A model generated the notes under the pieces. It searched no databases. It was not told the DNA's origin and saw nothing but the letters and a program-made list of their open reading frames with translations. From assembly GCA_964016885.1 (NCBI GenBank), contig OZ024751.1, positions 10,540,001 through 10,604,000 of the forward strand: a stretch of DNA of 64,000 nt. The letters are read 5' to 3'. A program made the position numbers and the translations under genes. Within the stretch, counting starts at the first letter, position 1. The number at the start of each line of letters is the position of its first letter. The stretch is from Eledone cirrhosa. Lineage: Eukaryota. Below, piece by piece: positions 1-11,659 of this stretch.

Positions 1-654
1 CTGCCAATAACAGCTCTACAGTCACCACCACCAACAACACCACCACCACTGCCAATAACAGCTCTACAGTCACCACCACCAACAACACCACCACCACTGC
101 CAACAACAGCTCTACAGTCACCACCACCAACAACAACACCACCATCACCACTGCCAATAACAGCTCTACAGTCACCACCACCAACAACAACACCACCATC
201 ACCACTGCCAATAACAGCTCTACAGTCACCACCACCAACAACACCATCACCACTGCCAATAACAGCTCTACAGTCACCACCAACACCACCACTGCCAATA
301 ACAACAGCTCTACCACCAACACCACCACTGCCAATAACAACAGCTCTACAGTCACCGCCACCAACACCACCACCAATAACAACGGCTCTACCACCACCAC
401 CACCACCACCAATAACAACAGCTCTACCACCGCCAACAACAACACCACCACTGCCAATAACAACAGCTCTACCACCAACACCACCAACACAACCACCACC
501 AACACAACCACCACCAAGAACACCACCACCAACACCACCACAACCAAGAACACCACCACCACCAACACCACCAACACAATCACTACCACCACCACCACCA
601 ACTTACATAACACATACACACAAAAGCTTACATATTACACACACCAATGTCTAA
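1..654 (+). repeat. Degenerate ~48-bp/triplet low-complexity repeat, possibly the 3' part of a Pro/Thr-rich coding exon running off the window start
   Basis: Unit ctgccaataacagctctacagtcaccaccacc... Frame 1 reads LPITALQSPPPTTPPP repeats, open to TAA at 652-654. Frame 3 reads TANNSSTVTTTNNTTT (mucin-like). Confidence 0.6.
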
Positions 655-1040
655 GCATGTGTGTATGTGTATTTGTATGCAAATGAGTGTCTATGTGTGT
701 GTGTGTTTATGCAAGTGAGAGTGCATATGTACATGCATTGGAGTGTGTGTATGCATGTGAGTATGTGTATGCAAGTGAGTGTGAATGCAAATGTGTATCC
801 AAGTGTGTGTGTGTATGTATGTATGCAAGTGTGTGTATGTATATGTGTGTGTGAGTGTAAGCAAGTTTTTGTGTGTGTAAGCAAGTGTATGCGTGTGAGT
901 CTAAGCAAGTGTGTGTGTACGAGTGTTTGTGCATGTTTATGCATGTGTGTGTATGTGTATGTGTATGTTTATGCATGTGTGTGTCTGTGTGTGTGAATGC
1001 AAGTGTGTATTTGTGTAAGCACATGTGTATGTGTGTGTCA
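655..1040. repeat. Degenerate (TG)n/(TGTA)n microsatellite
   Basis: Direct inspection; explains the H/T- and C/V-rich ORFs. Confidence 0.9.
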
Positions 1041-1312
1041 GAGAGATCAATCACCTAAAATCAGGATTAGAAAATAGATTTGTCATTCATATAAATGGAA
1101 GCCCAACACTTGAGATAACAGGATGCAGCTTCTTCAGTGTCCAAGTAGATCCATTTTGAGAACATTTCCTGCTTTTTCTATTGTAGGCATTTGACATTGT
1201 TATCATGGAAAGACTAACTGACCACTACAGCCAAAGTCATTGTTACTACTGGGCAGATACTGGTCAAGTGGTCACGTCTTCTTGAATAGAATCATGATCT
1301 CTACTATCTAAT

Positions 1313-1835
1313 AATTGTTTCTGCTTTTGGCACAAGGCCAGCAATTATCCCCAGTGCATTACTGGTACTTTATTTTATCGACCTCGTAAGGATGAAAGGC
1401 AAAGTTAACCTCGGCAGGATTTGAACTCAGAACGTAAAGGGCCATAACTATGCTGAAAAGCTCTACCGATACTGCCAATCCACCACTATTTCTACTATAT
1501 AATTATTGTTTGTGATTTTGGCACAAGGCCAGCAATTACCTCAGTGTATTACTGGTACTTTCTTTTATCGACCCCCGTAAGGATGAAAGGTAAATTTAAC
1601 CTCGGCAGGATTTGAACTCAATAATAATGATTTCTGATTTAGACGCCAGCAATTTTTAGGGGAGGGAAAAATAGATTAAATTGACTCCAGTGTATTACTG
1701 GTGCTTTATTTTATTGATCGACTCCGTAAGGGTGAAAGGCAAAGCTAACCTCAGAAGGATTTGAACTCAGATCGTAAAGGAACGTAACTCTATGCTGCAA
1801 ATATGGTGTCCGACGCTCTACCGATTCTGCCAATC
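1313..1835 (-). mobile_element. Three adjacent copies of tRNA-derived SINE family 1 (Meta-like core)
   Basis: Repeated ttgtttctacttttggcacaaggccagc...ctggtactttattttatcgacccc..aggatgaaaggcaaagttaacctcggc.ggatttgaactcag. Reverse complement has a B box (gagttcaaatcc) and an A box (tggcagtatcggtag). Confidence 0.85.
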
Positions 1836-2089
1836 AAATAGAATAATGACATAGGGTAGGGAGGAAGAGAGGTTGATGAGGAAAAAACCCATGGTATAAC
1901 AGACAGTGCCGGATTTAGGACAAATGAGGCCCTGTATTAGTTAAGTGATGAGGCCCCTTTTAAATGTTTGACATTTGAAAAACATTTGAAAAATTCATCG
2001 TAAAAATTTTTTGGGGCAGGAAGATACCCCCCTGTGCTTAAGCACACCTAAACACAATGATAAATCCAGCACTGATAAAGTCTGTCTCG

Positions 2090-2352
2090 AGTTCGGAGGC
2101 TCATAAGGGAGGCTGGTGCTTATCTCGGTTTACCTGGCGTAAAGTGACTAAGAGTACAAGACTTTACCTACTGAACAGGACGCCAGTTCATCGTAGGGTT
2201 AAACCTGCCAGCTATTGCTGGTACTCATTTTCAGCTGAGTATACTGGGGCAACGTGAAAATGAAGAACACAACACTCAACCCAGTCCAGGAGTCGAACCT
2301 ACGACATTATGACCATAAGTCAAATATTCTTAACACTAAGCCACGCACCTCT
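2090..2352 (-). mobile_element. tRNA-derived SINE family 2 copy
   Basis: cagctgagt..actgg.gcaacgtgaaa...gaacctacgac...ctaacactaagccacgcacct, shared with ~11440-11540, 17436-17572, 26813-26943, 54640-54762 and 60045-60175. Confidence 0.7.
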
Positions 2353-2423
2353 TATGAATTGTAGTATTGTGGTGGAAATCTAAGAATTCATACAATAACC
2401 AGTATCTACTCTATATTGATCAG

Positions 2424-2520
2424 TTTACCTTACCACCAGATTGGGAGACTAGTGTACAAAACAGACGGATTGGTCCAAGTTGGAGTGGATGTTATCGGAG
2501 GTCTGTTCGATCAGGACTGA
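2424..2520 (+). CDS. Possible terminal coding exon (LPYHQIGRLVYKTDGLVQVGVDVIGGLFDQD*) of an unidentified gene
   Basis: Acceptor-like ttgatcag| at 2423, stop TGA 2518-2520, AATAAA near 2590, non-repetitive composition. No homology recognised. Confidence 0.2.
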
Positions 2521-2634
2521 CTCGGGACTAATCAACGTCAACACTAATAATCTTAGAAAAAACAACCCAGATTTATAAGAAAACGAGTGAAATAAAATGT
2601 AAAATGCTCGACGGATTTGAAGAAATATCACAAT

Positions 2635-3075
2635 AATTGTTTCTACTTTTGGCACAAGGCCAGCAATTATTCCAGTGTATTACTGGTACTCGGCGGGATT
2701 TGAACCCTATCACAAAAATAGTATTTGTTTATAGAGTTTTGCTTTTGTTGGTATAAAATACAGAACACATTGAAATTCTAAGTTGAAGTTAGTATCAGAT
2801 ATAATAATTGTTTCTTCTTTAGGCTCAAGGCCAGCAATTATTCCAGTGCATTACTGGTCCTTTATTTTATCGACCCCTTAAGGATGAAAGGTAAAGTTAA
2901 CCTCGGTGGGATTTGAACTCAGACCGTAAAAGGGTGTAACTCTATTCTGATCAGGTATAATAATTGTTTCTACTTTTGGCACAAGGCCAGCAATTACCCA
3001 GTGCATTACTGGTACTTTATTTTATCGATCGACCTTTATTTTATCGATCGACCAAGGGTGAAAGGCAAAGTCAAC
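2635..3075 (-). mobile_element. Fragments of SINE family 1
   Basis: Same core motif as 1313-1835. Confidence 0.8.
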
Positions 3076-4393
3076 AGATACAATAATGTTTTATTAAGGC
3101 ATAACCGTCAATGTATTACAAATAGAAAGAGGAAAAGAAAGGAAAGGGAAAGGAAAAAAAAAGCAAGAAACACACACACCAGCAGGTAATACACACATCT
3201 AGGACCACATACAACCAAAAGCAGGCGAAAGATGTGGACAAACGAACCGCTGCCAGAGCAAAAGATAATATCGCGAGGAGCACTGGTGCGTTGTATTTGT
3301 GAGGTTCCTAGCAATAGTTAATCGTATTTGTAATATGTGTTTATATTTTCATTCTAAAATAATTTAGAGCAATTTGTAATGTTATTTATGTCTATACTGG
3401 ATAACTAGACACACGTTTTTTCTCTCCTCCTAAAATTGTTTCCAGTTCTTCGTTCTAATATGACTTTTAGAAATAATGTGTTAGGTTGTATGCTCCGAAA
3501 GGATGAAAGGAAAAGCTAACCTCGACGGGATTTGAACTCAGAACGCAAAGGGCTGGAGTGGTTTCCAACATAAGGCACAAAGCCAGACATTTGAGGGAAC
3601 GGGTTAGTCGAATAAATCGAATACCAGTGCTTGAAAGATACTTTATTTATCGACCTCTGAGGGATTTGAAATTAGTATGGAAATGGTCGGAAAAAAATAC
3701 TACTGGTACTTTATTTTATCGATCGACCTTTATTTTATCGATCGACCAAGGGTGAAAGGCAAAGTCAACAGATACAATAATGTTTTATTAAGGCATAACC
3801 GTCAATGTATTACAAATAGAAAGAGGAAAAGAAAGGAAAGGGAAAGGAAAAAAAAAGCAAGAAACACACACACCAGCAGGTAATACACACATCTAGGACC
3901 ACATACAACCAAAAGCAGGCGAAAGATGTGGACAAACGAACCGCTGCCAGAGCAAAAGATAATATCGCGAGGAGCACTGGTGCGTTGTATTTGTGAGGTT
4001 CCTAGCAATAGTTAATCGTATTTGTAATATGTGTTTATATTTTCATTCTAAAATAATTTAGAGCAATTTGTAATGTTATTTATGTCTATACTGGATAACT
4101 AGACACACGTTTTTTCTCTCCTCCTAAAATTGTTTCCAGTTCTTCGTTCTAATATGACTTTTAGAAATAATGTGTTAGGTTGTATGCTCCGAAAGGATGA
4201 AAGGAAAAGCTAACCTCGACGGGATTTGAACTCAGAACGCAAAGGGCTGGAGTGGTTTCCAACATAAGGCACAAAGCCAGACATTTGAGGGAACGGGTTA
4301 GTCGAATAAATCGAATACCAGTGCTTGAAAGATACTTTATTTATCGACCTCTGAGGGATTTGAAATTAGTATGGAAATGGTCGGAAAAAAATA
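3008..4393. repeat. Near-perfect 694-bp tandem duplication with breakpoints in SINE sequence
   Basis: Identical ORFs offset by 694 (3108/3802, 3558/4252); junction at tactggtactttattttatcg. Confidence 0.9.
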
Positions 4394-4582
4394 CGGCTAA
4401 AAATAACTTATCTAACTTTCTGACTTATTCTGCAAAAATACCAATAATAATGGGTAATTCCTATCCCCCCTTTCTCTGTCTTATATTATATATAGTAATA
4501 ATAAGCTTTACACTTGAGTAAACAATGACGCTTTTTGATACCTCGTCCCTACTTATTATTACTATATGTGCGTGTGTGTATA

Positions 4583-4929
4583 TATATTAACAAAAGGAAT
4601 TCTAATTTTGTCTGATTTACTCGTTTTATTTACAATCCTTTAAAATTATAATGATATTATAATGAAATAGTATGGTAGAATATTAAATGTTAATTGAAGA
4701 AGTACTTTCATGCTTTCGCAATCTTCAGGTTCATATTCAGTGGTGACAGTCAAGTTTGCAATTTTCATTGCAAACTTGACTATCATCACTGAATCTGAAG
4801 ATTGCGAAAGCATGAAAGTACTTCTTCAATTAACATTTAATATTCTACCATACTATATCATTATAATTTTAAAGGATTGTAAATAAAACGAGTAAATCAG
4901 ACAAAATTGGAATTCCTTTTATTAATATA
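4583..4929. mobile_element. Fold-back (~170-bp arms) of Penelope-pLTR-like sequence with a minimal hammerhead motif in each arm
   Basis: 4583-4762 is the reverse complement of 4767-4929. CTGAAGA-t-tgc(gaaa)gca-t-GAAA-gtac-TT at 4795-4823 (+) and about 4700-4728 (-). Confidence 0.7.
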
Positions 4930-4955
4930 ATCTTCTATACACAATCATACACACT

Positions 4956-5009
<54 letters not shown>

Positions 5010-5061
5010 CCGAATAATTGTTCTCGGTAATGGTGAACTAACTGTTGTGGAACTAATATAT

Positions 5062-5215
5062 ATATATATATATATATATATAATAATAATAATATTTATA
5101 GTTATATATACACTATATACAACTATAAACAGGAAAGGTCAGTAATTTATTACTACCTTATTACCATTGTCAGCAATAGTTGTATATAGTGTATATATAA
5201 AACTATAAATATTAT

Positions 5216-5225
<10 letters not shown>
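5062..5225. repeat. Short AT-rich inverted repeat between TA microsatellites
   Basis: aatatttatagttatatatacactatatacaacta ... tagttgtatatagtgtatatataaaactataaatatt. Confidence 0.7.
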
Positions 5226-5257
<32 letters not shown>

Positions 5258-5357
5258 AAGTTATTTTAATAATATCGCTGAGAAAGGAATAATCATTACG
5301 CCATCAGATTTCACCATCTTAAGTAAAAAAACAAATAAACGGTACCAACAATTAAAA

Positions 5358-5538
5358 TAATTGTTTCTACGTTAGGCACAAGGCCAGCAATTATCCAGTG
5401 TATTACTAGTACTTTATTTTATCGACCCCGTACGGATGAAAGGCAAAGGTAACCTCGGCGGGATTTGAACTCAGAATGGCAAGGGCCGTAACTCTATGCG
5501 TCAAAGCATGGCGTCCGACCCTCTACAGATACTGCCAA
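5358..5538 (-). mobile_element. SINE family 1 copy
   Basis: Core motif plus A/B boxes on the - strand. Confidence 0.85.
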
Positions 5539-5716
5539 AAATAATAATAGTATTTGGTGCTGTTTGTTTTTACAGAAGAAGAACCAGAAATAAAATTAAG
5601 AAGATGTGATGTTCATGAGTTTCCATAGAGAAAGGCATTAACTAAATGAAAAGAAAAAGCAAAACGTAAAACCAGCGAAAAAACTATGCTGGTGTTCCGC
5701 CGAGTGTAGTACTTAC

Positions 5717-5889
5717 TGTCTCGTCGGTCAAGATTGGAAGTTTTCACTTTGATGTCTTCGAATAAGCTTTTCGTTTCTTCCAGAATTTGTTTAAGTCTTT
5801 GAGAGTTCTCTGTGAAACTGTTTATTTCTTCAACTAAGGCCATGGCTGTTTGGCATGAAGTATTATCCATTAGCTCAGACATTAAAGAT
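5717..5889 (-). CDS. Possible coding exon, coiled-coil-like (SLMSELMDNTSCQTAMALVEEINSFTENSQRLKQILEETKSLFEDIKVKTSNLDRRD)
   Basis: Perfect GTAAGT donor on the - strand (acttac 5711-5716), weak AAG acceptor at 5890-5891, heptad-like helical peptide. Confidence 0.4.
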
Positions 5890-5949
5890 CTTTTAGAAGC
5901 AAATACCCACGAAATTCAAAACGACATCAATAAAAATATAAGTACCAAT

Positions 5950-5986
<37 letters not shown>

Positions 5987-5988
<2 letters not shown>

Positions 5989-6021
5989 GACCCTGTGATA
6001 AGCAGGCGAAACTCCAGAGTA
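5987..6021 (+). ncRNA. 5'-truncated hammerhead ribozyme remnant
   Basis: (ctg)ATGA-c-cctg(tgataag)cagg-c-GAAA-ctc(ca)gag-TA directly after a TA repeat. Confidence 0.5.
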
Positions 6022-6642
6022 ACAAGACTCACTTTTTAACCTTAATAATAATAATGTGTTTTTACTTCACTATCCACTTGCGTGGACAGTGCTCTCTGTA
6101 GAGTAGAGAATGACAACTCTGTATATACAATGAGTATTATATATACACATGTGTGTATATAAGTGTTTGTGTGAACGAAGTAGGGAAGTTCTCGTCAGCT
6201 GTAAAGTTTGTGCATTGTTTTTTTTTGTTTGTTTGCTTTTTTCCTTTGTTCGCTTTCTCTCCCAGACACAAATCTAAACTTATAATAAAGGTGCCTTAAT
6301 TATATCGATTTCCGTGCGACTGAAGTACTTTTAAAACAAGGGTCTTCTATTAATGAGTATTCTTTGTTTAGAATTAGATTATCGTGAAAATTTACTTTCC
6401 TTTTCCCCTCTCTCTTTCTCTGTCTTTTTCTTTCTGCCACTTTCTCACTGTCTCTCTCTGCTCCTCTTTCTCTTCCACTTTCTCAGTGTCTCTCTCTCTT
6501 CCCCTGTCTCATTCTCTGTATTCCCCACCTTATCAAACAATTTATCTATATAATTGCTTTGCTGTACATATAAATCTGGCTAAATAACTATACATCAATC
6601 TATCTATTAATAATCTCACACTATTACTCCCTTGCTGTCTGT

Positions 6643-6737
<95 letters not shown>

Positions 6738-7229
6738 CAACGAAACAGGAAGACAGGGCGTAACAGCTAATTTTTCTGAAGGTGGGTGTCAACAGAACCA
6801 ACAGATATTCACACACACATATAATATAGCACATCTTAACGGACGCATTTATCTATGTGTCTCCTTTCATAATTTAGTCCAGCCGGATTAAAATGTTTCA
6901 TCACTATGACAATTACGTTTTTTCTCCTTTACTTTTTTCTGTTTTCTCTCATTCATAATTTTCCTGCTGATCTCACATTTTTTAAAATTAGTTTTCTACG
7001 CATTTTTGTTTTTTAACGAGTTACTTTTCACCTAAGGTGTGAAATCGTATACACAATCTTTTACAAAATCGTTTACAATTTGTTAAATACATGCTTTATG
7101 TATATATATATGCCAGGGGAGAAGGGGACGTGCATGCAGTGCATGCGTTATATTATCTTGAGTTGATCAATGCGTCGGTTGAAGCAAGCAGAATTTCCGC
7201 GCTGTTCGGCGCATCGATCAGTAAGTACT

Positions 7230-8000
7230 CGCCAACGGTCACGATCAGCGGCAACTTTTTCGAGACCGTGCCAGGTGATGTTGGCTGCCATCAGGTCCTT
7301 CCGGAACATTCGTCGCCAGGTGATCCTTGGGCAACCCCGCCTCCGTTTACCGCCAGGCGGAGTCTAGTTCATCTCTGTTTTCGAATGCCGTTCATTTGGC
7401 AGACGCAGAATATGGCCAGCCAGACGGCACCGACGCTCCGTGACCACTCGTACTCGATCGCGCCAGGACACACGAAGGATCTTTCGCAGGCACAGCTAGT
7501 GGAAAGCGTTCAGCCGTCTCTCTATTTTTGCCGTACTCTTCCAGATCTCGCTCTCATAAAGCACTGTTGGCAGCACGATGCTCTTGTACAGGCGGAGCTT
7601 GGTCTTGGTGCTAATGCATGAAGACGACCAGACTGGGCACAGCCGCTGGAAAACTGCGGCTGCTTTGTCGATCCGACAGTTGATGTCGAGCTCCGCGTCG
7701 CCGCTGCTTGTCGGGATGCTTCCCAGATAGGTGAAGTGATTGACTTCCTCGAGGTCCTGTTGGTTGACTCTGATCACTGGACCTGTTTGCTGGCCGTTCT
7801 CATGACCTTGGTCCTTTTGGTGTTGATTCTCAGGCCACTGTTGTTCCTGCTGGCAGCCGATTTTGTACTAAGGCGAATGGATGAAGGACCCGGTCGAAGA
7901 ATCCCATGGAGAGGGCAGTCGAGGCTGAGGGACCTGGCATTCGCCGACGACATCGCTTTGATCGCTGAAAACAGTGCAGATCTGCAGGCCCTAACAACAT
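7230..8000 (-). mobile_element. 5'-truncated RTE/L2-like LINE fragment of a different family, with a 5' inversion
   Basis: - strand: EEVNHFTYLGS...RIDKAAAVFQRL...TKLRLYKSIVLPTVLYESEIW (7496-7777). + strand ~7850-8000: DLAFADDIALIAEN (RT catalytic motif). Confidence 0.85.
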
Positions 8001-8002
8001 GC

Positions 8003-8495
8003 TAAACTGTAGACACATAAAAAGATAACACACACACACACACACACACACAAACAAACACACAACAGCGTCGGTTGAAGCAAGCAGAATTTTGGCTGCT
8101 TGCTAAATCGTAGACACATAAAAATACAACATACACACAAACACACGACAGCGCCGGTTGAAGCAAGCAGAATTTTGGCTGCTTGCTAAATCGTAGACAC
8201 ATAAAAAGATAACACATACACACAAACACACGACAGCGTCGGTTGAAGCAAGCAGAATTTTGGCTGCTTACTAAATTGTAGACACATACAGAGATAACAC
8301 ACACACAAACACACAAACACACGACAGCGCCGGTTGAAGCAAGCAGAATTTTGGCTGCTTGCTAAATCGTAGACTCATAAAAAGACAACACACACACATA
8401 CATACAAACACACGACAGCGTCGGTTGAAGCAAGCAGAATTTTGGCTGCTTACTAAATCGTAGACACATAAAAAGATAACACACACACACACACT
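8003..8495. repeat. ~85-bp minisatellite with variable CA tracts (about 5.5 units)
   Basis: Repeated gacagcgtcggttgaagcaagcagaattttggctgcttgctaaatcgtagacacata; the motif also occurs at 7172-7197. Confidence 0.85.
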
Positions 8496-8689
8496 AGATA
8501 ACACTACATGTGGCTTTGACCGAGAGGGTCATTTAGAGTGAATTGGGGAGAGGTTTAAGGCTGCACAGCCCCACTTTCCGGCATGGTGATTGGACTGCAT
8601 GCTCTGCTTTCCAGGTTACCCTCCGCCACTGATATATATATATACTCTTTTACCTGTTCCAGCCATCCGGCTGAGGCCATGCTATATAT

Positions 8690-8772
8690 ATTATAAAGAG
8701 TTGGAACCCCGACGGCTGAGCTCTTGCCGTTTCAACAGCTACTTCCAGACTGGGGTCCCGACTCTTTATAAT
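8690..8772 (-). other. Hairpin with hammerhead architecture but missing the CUGANGA core
   Basis: - strand: ataaagagtcgggacccc...GAAA-cggc(aagagctca)gccg-TC-ggggttccaactctttat; long stem I and 4-bp stem III intact. Confidence 0.5.
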
Positions 8773-9199
8773 ATAACCATACACTACAAACCCAAGTATT
8801 GAGTACTCTGTTGAGTAATGGTCTAACCAGTAAATTCAAACTGATTTATATATATATATATATATGTATAAATATTTCGTATCTCCAAAGAAATCCTGTT
8901 TTAGGAAGCCGTAGCTATGCAAACACTGGGGGGGGGGGGAGCTAATGCCCTCTGGTGATGTCCAGCAGAAGCAAGGAGGACAACCGTCTATGCATATATG
9001 CTACATCTCTGGGTTGTGAGAGTTTTCTTGGGAGCTAACTGTGTCACCCATTGCTCCATATCCCCCTAGAAGTTTACAGCTGTTGGTCCGGGGTTGCTTA
9101 TTCGTTCGGCAGGAGCCTGCCTATCACAACTAACCATCATATCTGTTGACCGTATCGCTATCCGCCACCGGCGACCCTTTCTCTAGCAGAACAGAAGAA

Positions 9200-9237
<38 letters not shown>

Positions 9238-9517
9238 TTAGAAAATATAAGCTTTCACCGTATTTTAGACTAAAGAAATTTCTAGCCTGATAGTGGGGTT
9301 TATAACCCTCGGAGAAATGGAAAAAGATGAGTGTTGCCGTATATTTTTGGTTATTCAGACCACTGTGCTACCATTACACCAATACTCATCCCATCTCCTT
9401 CCATTCGAATTAGAAGCTATGAACTTAGCAAGTGAATGATAAACAAGCAAATTTCTAATTTCAAACTCGCGCACCGTTTCAAAAACATACTTACATGTTT
9501 ACGTTTATAATTTGCTT

Positions 9518-9579
<62 letters not shown>

Positions 9580-9733
9580 TTATGTATGTATGTATGTATG
9601 TATGTATGTATGTATGTATGTATGTATGTATGTGCGATGAAATATCAATGATGGTTGGCAAATCACTGACGAAGGACTATTTTTATCATATGTAACCCAT
9701 GTGCAACCACACAGTATTCTTCTTTCTTCTCAT

Positions 9734-9780
<47 letters not shown>

Positions 9781-10249
9781 CATACATATATACATAATGC
9801 TTGTGTGTAACAAATTGTTTTGTATGTAGATGTTTCTGTAAGACTTTTCATAAGTACATAAACTCACACAGGCTTGTCAACCTTCAATCTTTACGCACAA
9901 ATTTTCAACACTAAGAGTTCTGCATTTACAATATTTTGAATTTCACTCCACAACTTTTAATTGGGACAGTCTTCCAGCTTATACTAAAGTCTGTAAAAGA
10001 AAAAAAAAGGTTGACTTGTTGGTTTAAACAGGACCCCTGCTTTTTATAACCAATCCAGAGACCATTAGTTGTCTTGTTTATTCTTGAACAAAGACTTTTA
10101 TTTTAATATTATAAATCACATACATAAATAACATTACAAATTGCTGATGATTCTTTCAGAAATGTAATATAAACACGTACAAGGTGAACAGGGCATTGCT
10201 TATTCCAGCCACTTGAAGTGATTTATTTATATATATCATCATTATCATT

Positions 10250-10500
10250 AACTTTGGGCATGTGGTTAGAATGTCTGAGGAAAAAATCGCTGGACAGATT
10301 TTACAGGCAAAACCAACTGACAGGAGACCCAGGTTTAAACCTTGAGCAAGATGGTTGGATAACATCCATGAGCGTGGCTGGTCACGCTTGGTTATCCAGT
10401 CAAATCATTTGAAGACGGTTGCTTTTAATAGGACCCATTGGAAGGTGTGTTTGAGGACTCTGCCCCCACAACCAGGAATAAGTGGGCGAAGAGAAAGAAG
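10250..10500 (+). mobile_element. Decayed LINE ORF2 3' fragment
   Basis: FGHVVRMSEEKIAGQILQAKPTDRRPR..RWLDNI, typical RTE/L2 C-terminus. Confidence 0.6.
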
Positions 10501-10799
10501 AACTTTCTCATTGTATTGTTTGAAACCAGGTAAACTGAAAAGGACCATTGGAACCAGACAGATTATATTTATAATTCAAAGTAGCCATGACATTAAATGT
10601 TTTATCATAAAATGTGGGCTCTTTTCAATGAAGACAATAAAAATAAAAATTAAAATTAACAATAAATAATACATAAAAACAAACAAAAAACAATACCAGT
10701 ACATTTAAATGTTTCTCTTTTGTGTCACAGTTGTTATATATAAAACAACACTTGATATGGAGGTTGTTGTTCTTCTTTTTATTCGCCTACTTATTCCTG

Positions 10800-10833
<34 letters not shown>

Positions 10834-11659
10834 GCAGATGACTCAAAAAGATTTTCCAGAGTTTCCTATCACAAGCAACAGTTTGCAATTGATCTGGTTG
10901 GATCCCCAAGCAAGACAAACTAAGCTTATGGATGTTTAACCATCATGTGCTTTGTCTACCTCTGGGTTTCTGTCCATTTGGATTTGCCTGTTAAATTTGT
11001 TCAGACATGCTAACCATATGTCCGTAATACCAGAGATGTGATCTCTCAAGGTGGAAAAGTAGTAGCTATACCTGGAGTGACTCCCTGATCTCTGAGCTGT
11101 ACACCCAACCATGTAATGTTATTTCAAAGACCCTTCAGAGGAGCCCTATTTTGGCCACTTGTATTCAATATCATATTCTTTTAGTAATTGCCAAGATTCA
11201 TGACCATAGATAAGGTTAGGCATGAGTACCAGATTGAAGAAGGAGCTTGTTAGTTAAATGATTCATAAGATGAGCCAGTGAGAAAGTTTATGTTAGGGCT
11301 GGAAAACCCATTAATAATCAACAAGATCCCAGACCTCATTCACTTACTGAGTGGGGTGGAGTTCATCAAATCGAACTAATGAACCAATGTTACCATTGGG
11401 CTTTCCATTGCTGATACTACCTACCAGTTGCAACTCCTGGCAGAAGGAAAAACAAAATAAAGTGTCTTGCTCAAGGACATAACACATTGTCCAATTATGA
11501 TTGTGATTCAAATTCTCTAACCACTAAGCTATGCCCCTTAACTAGGCAAGAGTTCACCCCCATTTATATTTGAAACTGCCTGCTGGCAAAGTTATAAATT
11601 CACTTATGCAAATAACAATAACAAAGAGGAAGGTTTAAGTAATTTAATATAAGTAATAT

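Noticed and set aside
1187-1285. Acceptor-like ttctattgtag followed by a short open frame (AFDIVIMERLTDHYSQ...)
   Set aside because: No clear donor or homology; cannot be supported
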